A stretch of DNA of 64,000 nt from the NCBI GenBank assembly GCA_964248365.1, contig CAXTYC010000014.1, positions 54,464 through 118,463 of the forward strand, in the 5' to 3' direction. Position 1 is the first letter of the stretch, and each line of letters opens with the position of its first letter. The stretch comes from an uncultured Chroococcidiopsis sp. (lineage in GTDB: Bacteria > Cyanobacteriota > Cyanobacteriia > Cyanobacteriales > Chroococcidiopsidaceae). Shown here in pieces: positions 20,015-30,309 of the stretch. A program made the position numbers and the translations under genes. A model generated the notes under the pieces. The model saw nothing but the letters and a program-made list of their open reading frames with translations, had not been told where the DNA came from and did not search any database.

Positions 20015-21730
20015 GTGAACACAGACGAGTTTGTTAAGCAGATTCAAGACCTGCACAAACGGATGGCTGAACTGCAACACGATGCCAGCCAATTACCGTT
20101 ACAGCAGCAAAGCCAGATGAGCCAAGCCCTGAAAAGATTAAGTACTACTTTAAGGGACTTGCAGGTAACGGAGGAAACCATCAGGCTCTTGCTGTCTGCC
20201 GTCCAACAATCCAAAGATTCGATTATCATTACTACAGCAAAAATTGATCCACCGCACCCTAAGATTGTCTTTGTCAATCCAGCTTTTAGCCAGATGACTG
20301 GTTACACGATTGAGGAAGTGGTGGGCAAAACTCCGCGTTTGCTGCAAGGTCCCAATACTGATCGTGGCGTTCTAGATGACTTACGTCAACATTTGTCTGA
20401 CGGAGAACCTTTTCACGGCGAGGCAATCAATTACCGCAAGGACGGCAAGCAATTTTATATCGAATGGCATATTACCCCAATTCGTAATATTAACGAAACG
20501 ATCACGCATTTCGTAGCCATTCAAAGAGACATTACCCCTCGCAAAAACATCGAGTCAGAACGCGATCGCCTGCTAGAGCGCGAGCAAGCTACCCGCGCCC
20601 AAGCAGAAGCGGCAAACCGAGTCAAAGATGAGTTTTTGGCAACGCTCTCCCACGAACTGAGAACCCCACTTACGCCAATCTTAGGCTGGTCAAGGTTGCT
20701 GCAATCAAACAAAATATCGGAAGCGAAGTTGCAAGAGGTACTGGCAAAAATCGAGCTGCACGCCAAACGTCAGATGCAACTGGTCGATGACTTGCTCGAC
20801 CTCTCACGGATCATACAGGGCAAATTGTCACTCAATCTAACTGCTCTCACCCTAGACGAACCGATCAACGCTGCTCTGGAAACGGTTCGTCTAGCAGCTG
20901 AAGCGAAGTCAATTCATATTAAAACGATGCTCGATATGACTGTGGGACAAGTCATGGGCGATGCAGGTAGACTGCAACAAGTCATGTGGAACTTGCTTTC
21001 AAATGGAATCAAATTCACGACCGAGGACGGTTGGATCGTGGTGACACTAGAACGAGTGGATCGCTATGCCCAAGTCACAATCAGTGACACTGGGCAGGGT
21101 ATTCACCCAGACTTCTTACCGTTTGTGTTTGATCGTTTCCGGCAGGAAGATAGTTCGATCACGCGCCGATTTGGGGGCTTGGGGTTGGGGCTGGCGATCT
21201 CCAGGCAAATAGTCGAAGCGCATGGCGGAACGATCACGGCAAAAAGTCCAGGTGTTGGACAGGGAGCAACCTTTACTGTCAGACTACCGCTAATGACGAC
21301 TTCTTTACAAACAAACTCAAACAGCGAACAGCCTAAGCCTTCCCTGGATTTGAGTGGGATAAAAGTCTTATTGGTAGAGGATGACCCTGGTACACGGGAA
21401 TTTGTCGCTTTCGTACTCGAACAGTATAAAGCTGATGTAACCGTCACCTCATCAGCAGGGGAGGCGCTACAAGCCCTGGCGCGGTCAAAGCCAGATATAC
21501 TGGTGGTTGATATTGGGATGCCCTTGGTGGATGGCTACACGCTGATGCGTCAGATCCGCTCGCTGACTCCAGAGCAAGGAGGGCTGATTGGGGCGATCGC
21601 CCTCACAGCATACGCAGGAGAGCAAAACCAGCAACTTGCCCTAGCGGCAGGTTTTCAAATGCATATCCCCAAGCCTGCTGAGCCAGAGGAGTTAGTTGCA
21701 GCTGTTGCCCAACTTAGTGGTAAAGAGTAA
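20015..21730 (+). CDS. PAS-domain hybrid histidine kinase/response regulator
   Basis: PAS ([17 protein letters not shown]), His[10 protein letters not shown], HATPase [20 protein letters not shown] domain with DIGMP. Confidence 0.95.
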   Translation: MNTDEFVKQIQDLHKRMAELQHDASQLPLQQQSQMSQALKRLSTTLRDLQVTEETIRLLLSAVQQSKDSIIITTAKIDPPHPKIVFVNPAFSQMTGYTIEEVVGKTPRLLQGPNTDRGVLDDLRQHLSDGEPFHGEAINYRKDGKQFYIEWHITPIRNINETITHFVAIQRDITPRKNIESERDRLLEREQATRAQAEAANRVKDEFLATLSHELRTPLTPILGWSRLLQSNKISEAKLQEVLAKIELHAKRQMQLVDDLLDLSRIIQGKLSLNLTALTLDEPINAALETVRLAAEAKSIHIKTMLDMTVGQVMGDAGRLQQVMWNLLSNGIKFTTEDGWIVVTLERVDRYAQVTISDTGQGIHPDFLPFVFDRFRQEDSSITRRFGGLGLGLAISRQIVEAHGGTITAKSPGVGQGATFTVRLPLMTTSLQTNSNSEQPKPSLDLSGIKVLLVEDDPGTREFVAFVLEQYKADVTVTSSAGEALQALARSKPDILVVDIGMPLVDGYTLMRQIRSLTPEQGGLIGAIALTAYAGEQNQQLALAAGFQMHIPKPAEPEELVAAVAQLSGKE

Positions 21731-21799
21731 TGAAAGGAAAAGAATTTATTGCCAGGTGAAAAAAAGTAGTCAGCAATGCCAGCTATATAAACTAAAACT

Positions 21800-22559
21800 A
21801 TGGCATCCACTTCAATTCCTCGCTTAATTACCATTCCTGTAAGCCATTATTGCGAAAAAGTACGGTGGGCAATGGAATGGTTGAATATTCCTTATGTCGA
21901 GTCACGTCTCCCGCTATTTCATCTACTATATACTCGTCTTTGTTGGTGGAAGCAGTGTCCCAGTTTTAGTTACTCCTCCAGCCACTTTTGTTGATTCGGC
22001 TGACATTTTGCATCATCTTGATGAAATGACATCTTCTGATAAAAGGCTTTATCCTACCAATCCCGAATTACGCCGCTCTATTGATGAACTTGAAGATACT
22101 TTTAATCACGAACTAGCTCCCAATGTGAGATGCTGGGGATACTTCTACGCTTTTGAAGATTGGAAACTGATGCAGCAAGTTTGGTGTGATGGAGTACCCA
22201 CATGGGAGCGAGCATTATTTCCAATAGTCTTTCCTTTGGCTCGTAGGAAGGCTCGGAAACTCTACAATATCAACTTTGATAGTGCGATCGCTTCCCATAG
22301 TAGAATTCAACAGATTTTTTAGGCTGTGGGCGATCGCCTTGCAGATGGGCGTAAATATCTACTTGGCAATGACTTTTGGGCAGCTGACTTAACCTTTGCT
22401 TGTTTGGCGGCTCCTACAGTCTTTCCGGCTGAATATGGTGTGCCATTTCCTCAACTCGATCAAATTCCCCACCAATGGGCAAAACAAATTCAGGAGTTTC
22501 TCGAAAATCCTGCCGGAAAGTATGTCTTACGTCTGTATCGTGAGAGACAAAAGCAGTAG
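21800..22559 (+). pseudogene. Glutathione S-transferase family pseudogene
   Basis: SHYCEKVRWA N-terminus, SVPVL and AADLTFA split across frames; frameshift near 21905-21950 and TAG at 22320-22. Confidence 0.85.
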
Positions 22560-22686
22560 TCAACTATATCTATTTATGCAAATTAATGTAACAGCTAAGT
22601 CGAATTACCGCCTATGAGGATGATTAATTCTCAAACAATTTACGATCACACCCTAACCAATAGTAGGATACGATCGCCCATGCTGC

Positions 22687-23427
22687 CTAATGCTCTACAA
22701 TGCTCAAGTACTCTGCCAGTGCCTCAGAACCACCAATATACTTACCATCAATAAATACCTGGGGAACTGTTGTTGCACCTGTGACAGCCCGTAAAGACTG
22801 AGTTGTTACATCCTTACCCAAAACAATTTCTTCGTAATCTATATCATGTTCCTTGAGCATCTCTTTAGCATTAGCACAGAACGGACAACCCACTTTTGCA
22901 AACAGAGAAACACATTTGGGTTTCGTTGCTTCGGGGTTGATATAGTTAAGCATTGTCTCTGCATCAGACACCTTAAAAGGATCGCCTGGTTCGTTTGGCT
23001 CAATGAACATCTTTTCAATCACGCCGTCTCTGACTAACATAGAATAGCGCCAAGACCGCTTGCCGAATCCCAAGTCTAATTTGTCTACCAGCATTCCCAT
23101 GCCTTCGGTAAATTCACCATTACCATCAGGCATGAGAGTGATATTATTTGCCTCTTGAACTTTTGCCCATTCATTCATTACAAAGGTATCATTGACGGAA
23201 ATACAAATGATGTCGTCAATGCCATTTTCTTTGAAAGCCTTTGCCATTTGGTTATAACCAGGCACATGAGTAGATGAGCAAGTAGGAGTAAATGCCCCAG
23301 GCAAAGAAAAAACAACTACGTTCTTACCAGCAAACAAATCATCAGTGGTAACATTCACCCACTGGTTGTCCTTACGAGTACGAAAGGTAACATTAGGAAC
23401 TCTTTGCCCCTCTCTATTAGTCAGCAT
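22687..23427 (-). CDS. Peroxiredoxin-glutaredoxin hybrid (type II Prx-Grx, glutathione-dependent peroxidase)
   Basis: [11 protein letters not shown]rx5 motif plus C-terminal CPFC / TVPQVFI Grx domain. Confidence 0.93.
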   Translation of the reverse strand: MLTNREGQRVPNVTFRTRKDNQWVNVTTDDLFAGKNVVVFSLPGAFTPTCSSTHVPGYNQMAKAFKENGIDDIICISVNDTFVMNEWAKVQEANNITLMPDGNGEFTEGMGMLVDKLDLGFGKRSWRYSMLVRDGVIEKMFIEPNEPGDPFKVSDAETMLNYINPEATKPKCVSLFAKVGCPFCANAKEMLKEHDIDYEEIVLGKDVTTQSLRAVTGATTVPQVFIDGKYIGGSEALAEYLSIVEH

Positions 23428-23546
23428 GAATTCGTTTCCTCAGACCAGTTTGATTAAATTTATGTCGCGTTGTGTCGCGCAATGCAAAGACGCAAAGTGT
23501 TTTCTTTATGTCTTTGCGTTTCGGAGTTACTAAGATTTACAAATAA

Positions 23547-23575
23547 AGCGTACTCGTTATGAATACAAATGTCAA
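23547..23575 (-). promoter_or_regulatory. Sigma70-type promoter for the Prx-Grx gene
   Basis: Minus strand TTGACA-17 bp-TACGCT. Confidence 0.6.
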
Positions 23576-23602
23576 TAGATAGAAACGTAAGATCTTACGT
23601 TT

Positions 23603-24475
23603 CTACAATCTGGCTACCTCAAGAAAGCGTTGTACGGTAGGGGATGTATCGTTTTGCCGCCAGATCATAGCGATCGCTACTAGGGTAGTAGACTGTTGGA
23701 TAGGTTTGTAAACTACTCCAGTCCGCTGAAGATGTTGCAGAGACTGTGGTACGATCGCTACTCCCATTTCTGCTGCTACCAAGCTGACAATTGTTTGCAT
23801 TTGAATTGCTTGTTGTGCTACAATAGGGCTGAAATCGGCTTGCTGGCAAAGACTGATAATTTGATCGAAAAGTCCAGGGGCTAAAGTACGAGGAAACAAG
23901 ATAAAAGGATCATTAGAGAGCGATCGCAAAGACACACTCGATTGATTCGCTAGCCCATGAGCCTCTGGTAAAGCGACGACTAGCGCCTCCTCAAAGATAA
24001 TCTCAAAGTTGAATAGATCTTCTTCCACAGGAGGACGAAGAAACCCTACATCAATTCGACCTTCCCGTAACCACTGTGATTGCTCGTTTGTGGTTAGTTC
24101 GTGCAGTTCTAGGCTAACTCCAGGGACACGAGTGCGAAACGTCCGTAGGATAGTCGGTAGAACATTATACGCCGCCGAACTAACAAAGCCAATCACCAGC
24201 TGTCCCATTTCGCCCCGACTGGTTTGTCGTCCTACTTGGATAGCTTGCTCTAATTGTCTAAAAATCCCTTGGACAGAGGCAAGAAAAACTTGCCCAGACT
24301 GGGTTAGCTGCACTGTTCTTTTGGTGCGGTGAAAAAGTTGAAAGCCCAATTCTGTCTCTAGCTGACGGATTTGTTGACTGAGGGGAGGTTGAGCAATATG
24401 CAATCGCTCTGCTGCCCGTCCAAAGTGCAGTTCTTCCGCCAATGTGACAAAGTAGCGTAAATGTCTTAGTTCCAT
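23603..24475 (-). CDS. LysR family transcriptional regulator
   Basis: MELRHLRYF...HFGRAAERLHIAQPPLSQQIRQLE HTH. Confidence 0.95.
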   Translation of the reverse strand: MELRHLRYFVTLAEELHFGRAAERLHIAQPPLSQQIRQLETELGFQLFHRTKRTVQLTQSGQVFLASVQGIFRQLEQAIQVGRQTSRGEMGQLVIGFVSSAAYNVLPTILRTFRTRVPGVSLELHELTTNEQSQWLREGRIDVGFLRPPVEEDLFNFEIIFEEALVVALPEAHGLANQSSVSLRSLSNDPFILFPRTLAPGLFDQIISLCQQADFSPIVAQQAIQMQTIVSLVAAEMGVAIVPQSLQHLQRTGVVYKPIQQSTTLVAIAMIWRQNDTSPTVQRFLEVARL

Positions 24476-24544
24476 TATGATTTTAGATTTGCTTTTCGTT
24501 TTTAAGCTTTTGTCTGGGAACGAATGCGGATGATTGATTAAATA

Positions 24545-24559
24545 ATATGTTTTAAATAT
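24545..24559. promoter_or_regulatory. LysR-type T-N11-A box
   Basis: ATAT-GTTTTAA-ATAT dyad between the divergent LysR and methyltransferase genes. Confidence 0.5.
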
Positions 24560-24662
24560 TAATTAGTAGTTAAAAATATATTGGACATTGATAAAAACTT
24601 TTCCTACCGTAATGGTTAAGCCTTCAAACACAATTGCGTTGCCAAAAAGGGAGAATTTATCA

Positions 24663-25430
24663 ATGCCTGAGAATCGTTGGGATACAAACCTCTACGAAAG
24701 TAAACACGCCTTTGTTTGGCAAAATGCCTCAGACGTAGTTGAATTACTCTCACCTGTGCCTGGAGAGCGCATTCTCGATCTCGGATGTGGTACAGGACAA
24801 TTAACAGCAAAGATTGCCCTTGCTGAGTGTGAAGTATTGGGAATTGATCGGGATGCTGCCATGATTGAGAAGGCAAGACAAAACTATCCTCATCTGTCTT
24901 TTGCGATCGCAGATGCTAGAGATTTCCAAGTTGAAGGGCAGTTTGATGCTGTTTTTTCTAACGCCGTCTTGCATTGGATTCCAGAATCTGATGCTCCTGT
25001 GAGGAGTGTTTACACTGCACTCAAGCAGGGGGGACGCTTTGTAGCAGAGTTTGGCGGTAAGGGAAATATTGGGGCGATCGCACTCGCACTTACCAACGTT
25101 CTCGATACACTTGGTTACGCTTCTTGTGCGATTAGTCCTTGGTATTTTCCCAGTATCGCACAGTATGCCACTGTGCTAGAACAGCAAGGATTTGACGTAA
25201 CTTACGCAGTTCTATTGGATCGTCCCACTCCTTTGGAAGGAGACGCAGGAATGAGAAACTGGATTGAGATGTTTGCTAGTCGTTTCCTTGAAAAATTATC
25301 CTCTCAACAACAAACAGAAGTAATTCAAGCAATTGAACATCAATTGAAACCTACCCTTTATCGGGATGGCAAATGGTGGGCAGACTACCGCAGAATTCGT
25401 GTAGTTGCCATCAAAGCGGGTATTGTGTAG
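24663..25430 (+). CDS. Class I SAM-dependent methyltransferase (trans-aconitate MT-like)
   Basis: ILDLGCGTG, FDAVFSNAVLHW; ATG of MPENRW preferred as start. Confidence 0.9.
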   Translation: MPENRWDTNLYESKHAFVWQNASDVVELLSPVPGERILDLGCGTGQLTAKIALAECEVLGIDRDAAMIEKARQNYPHLSFAIADARDFQVEGQFDAVFSNAVLHWIPESDAPVRSVYTALKQGGRFVAEFGGKGNIGAIALALTNVLDTLGYASCAISPWYFPSIAQYATVLEQQGFDVTYAVLLDRPTPLEGDAGMRNWIEMFASRFLEKLSSQQQTEVIQAIEHQLKPTLYRDGKWWADYRRIRVVAIKAGIV

Positions 25431-25541
25431 GGAGTGTCAATTATCAGTATGCCACCCATCCCTCCGCCCCGTGTAATACGGGGCTTCGCCCACTATCAAT
25501 AATTTAGAGGGCAATGCCCACTAGACTAACTGGAGTTACCC

Positions 25542-26540
25542 TTGGCAGACACACAACTATCTAAAAATGTTACCCGAAGTTCAGCGCTGGATGTATTTAA
25601 GGGTTTGTTACTTTTTGGCATGATATTAGCACATATTATTCAAATACTAGAAATAACAAATAATTCGTTATTAAACGCTGTATCCAAGTATATTAATCTC
25701 ATTAGTTTTTCAGGTTTTCTGTTTGCCTTTGGATATGGAAACTATTTTGCATATTTTAGTAAAGATTTTCGTTCTTGTAAATTAAGAATGCTCAATACAA
25801 GCTTCAAAATCCTCATAGCTTTCTACATTTCTGGAATTGCATTTAGAACTCTTTTTGAGAAAAAGGCAATACATTTATTAGATATTCTCAAAATTATCCT
25901 TCTTATAGATATACCAGGTTATTCTGAATTTCTTGCCTCTTTTGCAGTTATTACTTTATTAGCAATTATTTTATTTAAACCAATTCAAATAATCATCGAA
26001 GATAAAAAGTATTTTTTGCTCACAAACATTTTACTTCTTTTGACTACATATATACCTTACCAGTGGATAAATATAAATCAGATAGGCTTGCTGATTGGTA
26101 CAAATAAATTTTACTGCTTTCCTGTAATTCAATATTCACCGTTCTATTTAGTAGGTATATATTTTGCTAGACATAAAATTAAATATAGTAAAATAACACT
26201 AATACTATCAAGTGTATTTACATTAAGCTTTATACTATACTTAATCTATCATCATAAATTGCCAAATCGATTTCCACCATCTTTGTTTTGGATTATTGGC
26301 TCATGTTTTTTCTTGTATATCTATTTTATTGCGTCTAACTTATTGTCTAGTAAGCTGAAAAAAATTGAATTTCTAGAGAAACCTGGGAGAAACGTTCTTT
26401 TTTACTTGCTGAGCAGCAATATCTTTATATTTGCCATACACAATATATACGGTAAGATGTATTTGGGTATTAACGTTATTACACTAACAGGAGTAATATT
26501 ATTCGTTATAGATTATCTACAAAATATTACTCGAAAATAA
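25542..26540 (+). CDS. AT-rich multi-pass membrane protein (acyltransferase-3/OpgC-like)
   Basis: RSSALDVFKGLLLFGMILAH N-terminal motif; many TM segments. Confidence 0.65.
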   Translation: MADTQLSKNVTRSSALDVFKGLLLFGMILAHIIQILEITNNSLLNAVSKYINLISFSGFLFAFGYGNYFAYFSKDFRSCKLRMLNTSFKILIAFYISGIAFRTLFEKKAIHLLDILKIILLIDIPGYSEFLASFAVITLLAIILFKPIQIIIEDKKYFLLTNILLLLTTYIPYQWININQIGLLIGTNKFYCFPVIQYSPFYLVGIYFARHKIKYSKITLILSSVFTLSFILYLIYHHKLPNRFPPSLFWIIGSCFFLYIYFIASNLLSSKLKKIEFLEKPGRNVLFYLLSSNIFIFAIHNIYGKMYLGINVITLTGVILFVIDYLQNITRK

Positions 26541-26606
26541 AGTTACAGCAGTTAACGTGAGCATAAAAAAATATTCTGAGTGGGCAGTGTCTACCACTAG
26601 CTTAAT

Positions 26607-26732
26607 CTCAGATCTTGCACCTGACTCTTGCCACCAAAGTAGGCAGAGCATCCCTTGCCTCGTTCCCACGCTGAGCCTGGGAACGAGGCAGGTAGAGGCG
26701 AGACCAAGGGTTGTACTGGTGCAAAATGTATG
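26607..26732. mobile_element. MITE-like element with the same ends as 13480-13848
   Basis: CTCAGATCTTGCACC ... GGTGCAAAATGTATG ends; internal hairpin TGCCTCGTTCCCA...TGGGAACGAGGCA. Confidence 0.55.
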
Positions 26733-26809
26733 TTAATACCAAATCTTCCAAGAAAATAAAGTTAAATCAATTAAAATATATACAGCAGATAAAATTTTAT
26801 ATATAAATT

Positions 26810-27100
26810 ATGCAAGTCAACGAAACTCCTAATAACTTCCAACAGCAAGTATTAGATCGGCTGGACAAACTAACGACTGATGTAAAGAAACTAGCAACCG
26901 ATGTAGAGAAACTAGCAACTGATGTAGAGAAACTAGATTACAAGTTTGACACTTACCAGAAAGCATCAGACCAAGTTGTCAGACTAGCAACTACAATTAT
27001 TGTAGCGGCAGCATCTGTAGGAATTCTCTCGCCAGTTCTACAGGCTCTAGCCTCAGCCATTAGTGCTTTGGTTTCTGGTTTATCTCCTGCTGCAACGTGA
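26810..27100 (+). CDS. Small coiled-coil membrane-anchored hypothetical protein
   Basis: Heptad LATDVEK repeats (21-bp DNA repeats) plus C-terminal TM helix. Confidence 0.7.
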   Translation: MQVNETPNNFQQQVLDRLDKLTTDVKKLATDVEKLATDVEKLDYKFDTYQKASDQVVRLATTIIVAAASVGILSPVLQALASAISALVSGLSPAAT

Positions 27101-27139
27101 TTTATAATTTCACTTAACACGAATATATAATTGAAATAT

Positions 27140-27862
27140 CTACACTTGAGATAAGATTTGCAAGTATGCTTTGACTGCTGAAGATAACCCCATTTCCAAA
27201 GCATCAGCAATTAGGGCATGACCAATAGAAACTTCTAAAATGTTGGGAATAGAACAGAATTTTCGCAAATTTTGCAAGTTCAGATCGTGTCCAGCATTTA
27301 TCCCTAAACCACAATTTTGGGCTGTTTGAGCTGCTGTTGCATATAGCCTAAATACAGCTTCTACATCACCTTGCGCGAATGCAGCAGCATAGGGTTCTGT
27401 ATATAATTCAATGCGATCCGCTCCCAGATCCTTCGCCTGTTGAAACTGTGTCGAGTCGGCATCCATAAACAAACTAACTCGAATTCCTAGCTTTTTTAAC
27501 TCATCAATAACGGATATTAGCCGATGTGCGTCTGTTACCAAATCCCAACCATGATCTGAAGTGAAAGTATCAGGCGCATCTGGTACTAAAGTACATTGCG
27601 TAGGCTTAACTTCACGAACTATATCCATAAAAGGGGGTTGAAACGGATTTCCTTCAATATTGAACTCAACCGTCAATATCTTCGCCAAATCATATACATC
27701 GGAAGGGCGAATATGACGTTGATCTGGGCGGGGATGCACTGTAATACCATGCGCCCCTGCTTCCATACAAATCTTTGCAGCCTTAGTAACGCTTGGTATT
27801 TCCAAATTGCGCGTATTTCTAACTAAAGCAACTTTATTGAGGTTAACACTAAGATTAGTCAT
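27140..27862 (-). CDS. pdxJ: Pyridoxine 5'-phosphate synthase
   Basis: LSVNLNKVALVRN, GITVHPRPDQRHI, NAGHDL, EVSIGHA. Confidence 0.97.
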   Translation of the reverse strand: MTNLSVNLNKVALVRNTRNLEIPSVTKAAKICMEAGAHGITVHPRPDQRHIRPSDVYDLAKILTVEFNIEGNPFQPPFMDIVREVKPTQCTLVPDAPDTFTSDHGWDLVTDAHRLISVIDELKKLGIRVSLFMDADSTQFQQAKDLGADRIELYTEPYAAAFAQGDVEAVFRLYATAAQTAQNCGLGINAGHDLNLQNLRKFCSIPNILEVSIGHALIADALEMGLSSAVKAYLQILSQV

Positions 27863-28135
27863 TTTTTAATGCTGCTCTTACACTTGCTGAATTAGCCGTT
27901 GTACAAATAAGTAAGCTGTTATGCATTTAAATTGCACTGTGTTGGCAGCAGAGGGGCTTCAGGGGCAGAGGGAGAGAATTTGACGGGTTTTGCCAAAATC
28001 TCAGATTATGCTGCGTTGAATACCCTTTAGCTTAATAACTTCCCCTTATCACCTTTGCGCCTTTGCGTCTTTGCGTGACACTAAATTAAATATAATCTGG
28101 GTGTTGGGTAAAACGCTGTAATTCCTCAAAATCCC

Positions 28136-29188
28136 ATGCAAATCAACGCCGAACTGTTCACAGTACACAAGCGGTTTCCACTAACGATTAGTCGCGGTAC
28201 AACAGCACAAACAACGAATGTTTGGGTAAGAGTAGAACAGGATGGAATTGAAGGCTGGGGGGAAGCATCGCCGTTTTCCCTGGGAAATCATCGCCAATCT
28301 ACCGAAATGCTCAAGGATGCGATCGCCACAATTACACCCCAACTAGCTAAAATTAATCCTTGGCAAAGGCAGCAAATTGAATTGCTGTTGCAAAACAATC
28401 AAGTACCATCTTCGGCAAAAGCAGCATTAGATATGGCGCTGCACGATTGGTTAGGCAAGCGTTTGGGATTACCATTGTGGCAACTGTGGGGATTAGATTG
28501 CTCGCGCATTGTGCCAACTTCGGTGACAATTGGGATTAATACGCCCGAAGCAGCAAGGGCAAGAGTACGAGACTGGCTACAATTTACCCATGTACGTGTT
28601 CTGAAAGTAAAGTTGGGTAGCCCAGAGGGAATTGAAGCAGATCGAGCTATGTTGATGGCAGTAGGGGAAGAAGCACCAGATGTAGAACTGTTTGTAGATG
28701 CAAATGGCGGTTGGAGTTTAGAAGATGCGATCGCAATGTGCGACTGGCTAGCCGAACGAGGTGTAAAGTATGTAGAACAGCCATTGCCTAGAGGAGAGGA
28801 AAAAAGTTTACTTCAATTGAAAAAGCGATCACCTCTACCTATCTTTGTAGATGAAAGCTGCCTCACTAGCATTGATATTCCCCAGCTGGCAAATAGTGTA
28901 CATGGGATTAATATCAAATTAATGAAAGCTGGTGGTTTAACTGAAGCAATGCGAATGGTACATACAGCAAGAGCATCGGGATTACAAGTGATGTTCGGTT
29001 GCTATTCTGATAGTTCCTTGTCAAATACAGCTGCGGCGCATTTAGCACCATTGGCTGATTATCTCGATTTGGATAGTCACCTCAATTTAACCGATGACCC
29101 CTTCAGTGGTGCAATAATCGGGGCAGGGCGGTTATTACCAAATAATAAACCAGGATTGGGAGTAGAACGCAGTGCATTTGCAGCCTAA
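28136..29188 (+). CDS. Dipeptide epimerase (L-Ala-D/L-Glu epimerase, enolase superfamily)
   Basis: GWGEA, KVK, VDANGGW, VEQP, VDES, NIKLMK, DLD. Confidence 0.9.
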   Translation: MQINAELFTVHKRFPLTISRGTTAQTTNVWVRVEQDGIEGWGEASPFSLGNHRQSTEMLKDAIATITPQLAKINPWQRQQIELLLQNNQVPSSAKAALDMALHDWLGKRLGLPLWQLWGLDCSRIVPTSVTIGINTPEAARARVRDWLQFTHVRVLKVKLGSPEGIEADRAMLMAVGEEAPDVELFVDANGGWSLEDAIAMCDWLAERGVKYVEQPLPRGEEKSLLQLKKRSPLPIFVDESCLTSIDIPQLANSVHGINIKLMKAGGLTEAMRMVHTARASGLQVMFGCYSDSSLSNTAAAHLAPLADYLDLDSHLNLTDDPFSGAIIGAGRLLPNNKPGLGVERSAFAA

Positions 29189-30218
29189 TCAACGGGTAGC
29201 CATTTTGTTGCATGATGGCATTAAAGGAATTCAGGGTAAAACTGGACTTGCCCTTTTACGCTACAGTGAAGCTCAATTTGTGGTAGTGATCGATCGCCAA
29301 TGTGCTGGAGGATCATTACCCCATTTGACTGGGATTGCCCGTGATGTGCCGATTGTAGCAACCCTTGCCGAAGCTTTGGCTTATGCACCAGATGTATTGA
29401 CAATTGGTATCGCCCCATCTGGAGGAGTGCTACCTGATGAATGGTGGCAGGAAATTAGGCAAGCAGTAGCAGCTGGAGTATCTATAGTCAATGGCTTGCA
29501 TACACCAATGAGTAGTATACCAGAACTACGCAATAGCTTGCAAGCGGGGCAATGGATTTGGGATGTGCGACAAGAACCGCCTAACTTGCCTATCGGCAGC
29601 GGTAAGGCGCGATCGCTTACTTGTCGGCGTGTCTTAACTGTGGGTACAGATATGGGAGTTGGCAAAATGTCAACTAGCCTAGAGTTGAATAAGGCAGCCC
29701 AAAAACGAAATTTGCGTTCCAAATTTCTTGCTTCAGGGCAAGCAGGTTTGATGATTGCTGGGGATGGTGTGCCACTCGATGCCATACGGGTGGATTTTGC
29801 TTCTGGTGCTGTTGAACAAATGGTAATGCGCTATGGCAATGATTACGATATTCTGCATATAGAAGGACAAGGATCTTTGTTGCATCCAGGCTCGACGGCA
29901 ACTTTACCACTGATTCGCGGTTCCCAGGCAACCCATTTGATATTAGTCCATCGAGCCGGACAAACTCATATTCGCAACCATCCCCAGGTAGAGATTCCCC
30001 CTTTGCCTGATGTGATTAAGCTGTATGAGATGGTTGCTAGGGGTGCGGGGGCGTTTGCAACTGTGAAAGTAGTGGCGATCGCGCTCAATACGTTTCACTT
30101 AAATATAGCAGATGCTCAAAAGGCGATCAAGCAAGTAAAAGTAGAGACAGGGCTACCTTGTACAGATCCTGTGCGGTTTGGGGCTGATACTTTGTTAGAT
30201 CCGGTGATGCAAAGTTAG
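29172..30218 (+). CDS. DUF1611 domain protein
   Basis: GKTG, VNGLH, VGTDMGVGKMST, EGQGSL; overlaps the epimerase stop. Confidence 0.9.
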   Translation: MHLQPNQRVAILLHDGIKGIQGKTGLALLRYSEAQFVVVIDRQCAGGSLPHLTGIARDVPIVATLAEALAYAPDVLTIGIAPSGGVLPDEWWQEIRQAVAAGVSIVNGLHTPMSSIPELRNSLQAGQWIWDVRQEPPNLPIGSGKARSLTCRRVLTVGTDMGVGKMSTSLELNKAAQKRNLRSKFLASGQAGLMIAGDGVPLDAIRVDFASGAVEQMVMRYGNDYDILHIEGQGSLLHPGSTATLPLIRGSQATHLILVHRAGQTHIRNHPQVEIPPLPDVIKLYEMVARGAGAFATVKVVAIALNTFHLNIADAQKAIKQVKVETGLPCTDPVRFGADTLLDPVMQS

Positions 30219-30309
30219 GTTTTAAAGATGGTGAGTGCGATCGTCCAACAATACTACAGCAGTTTTTATTTGTAGAAGAACACTAGTTTGTCTTGTACTT
30301 CGTTCATTA

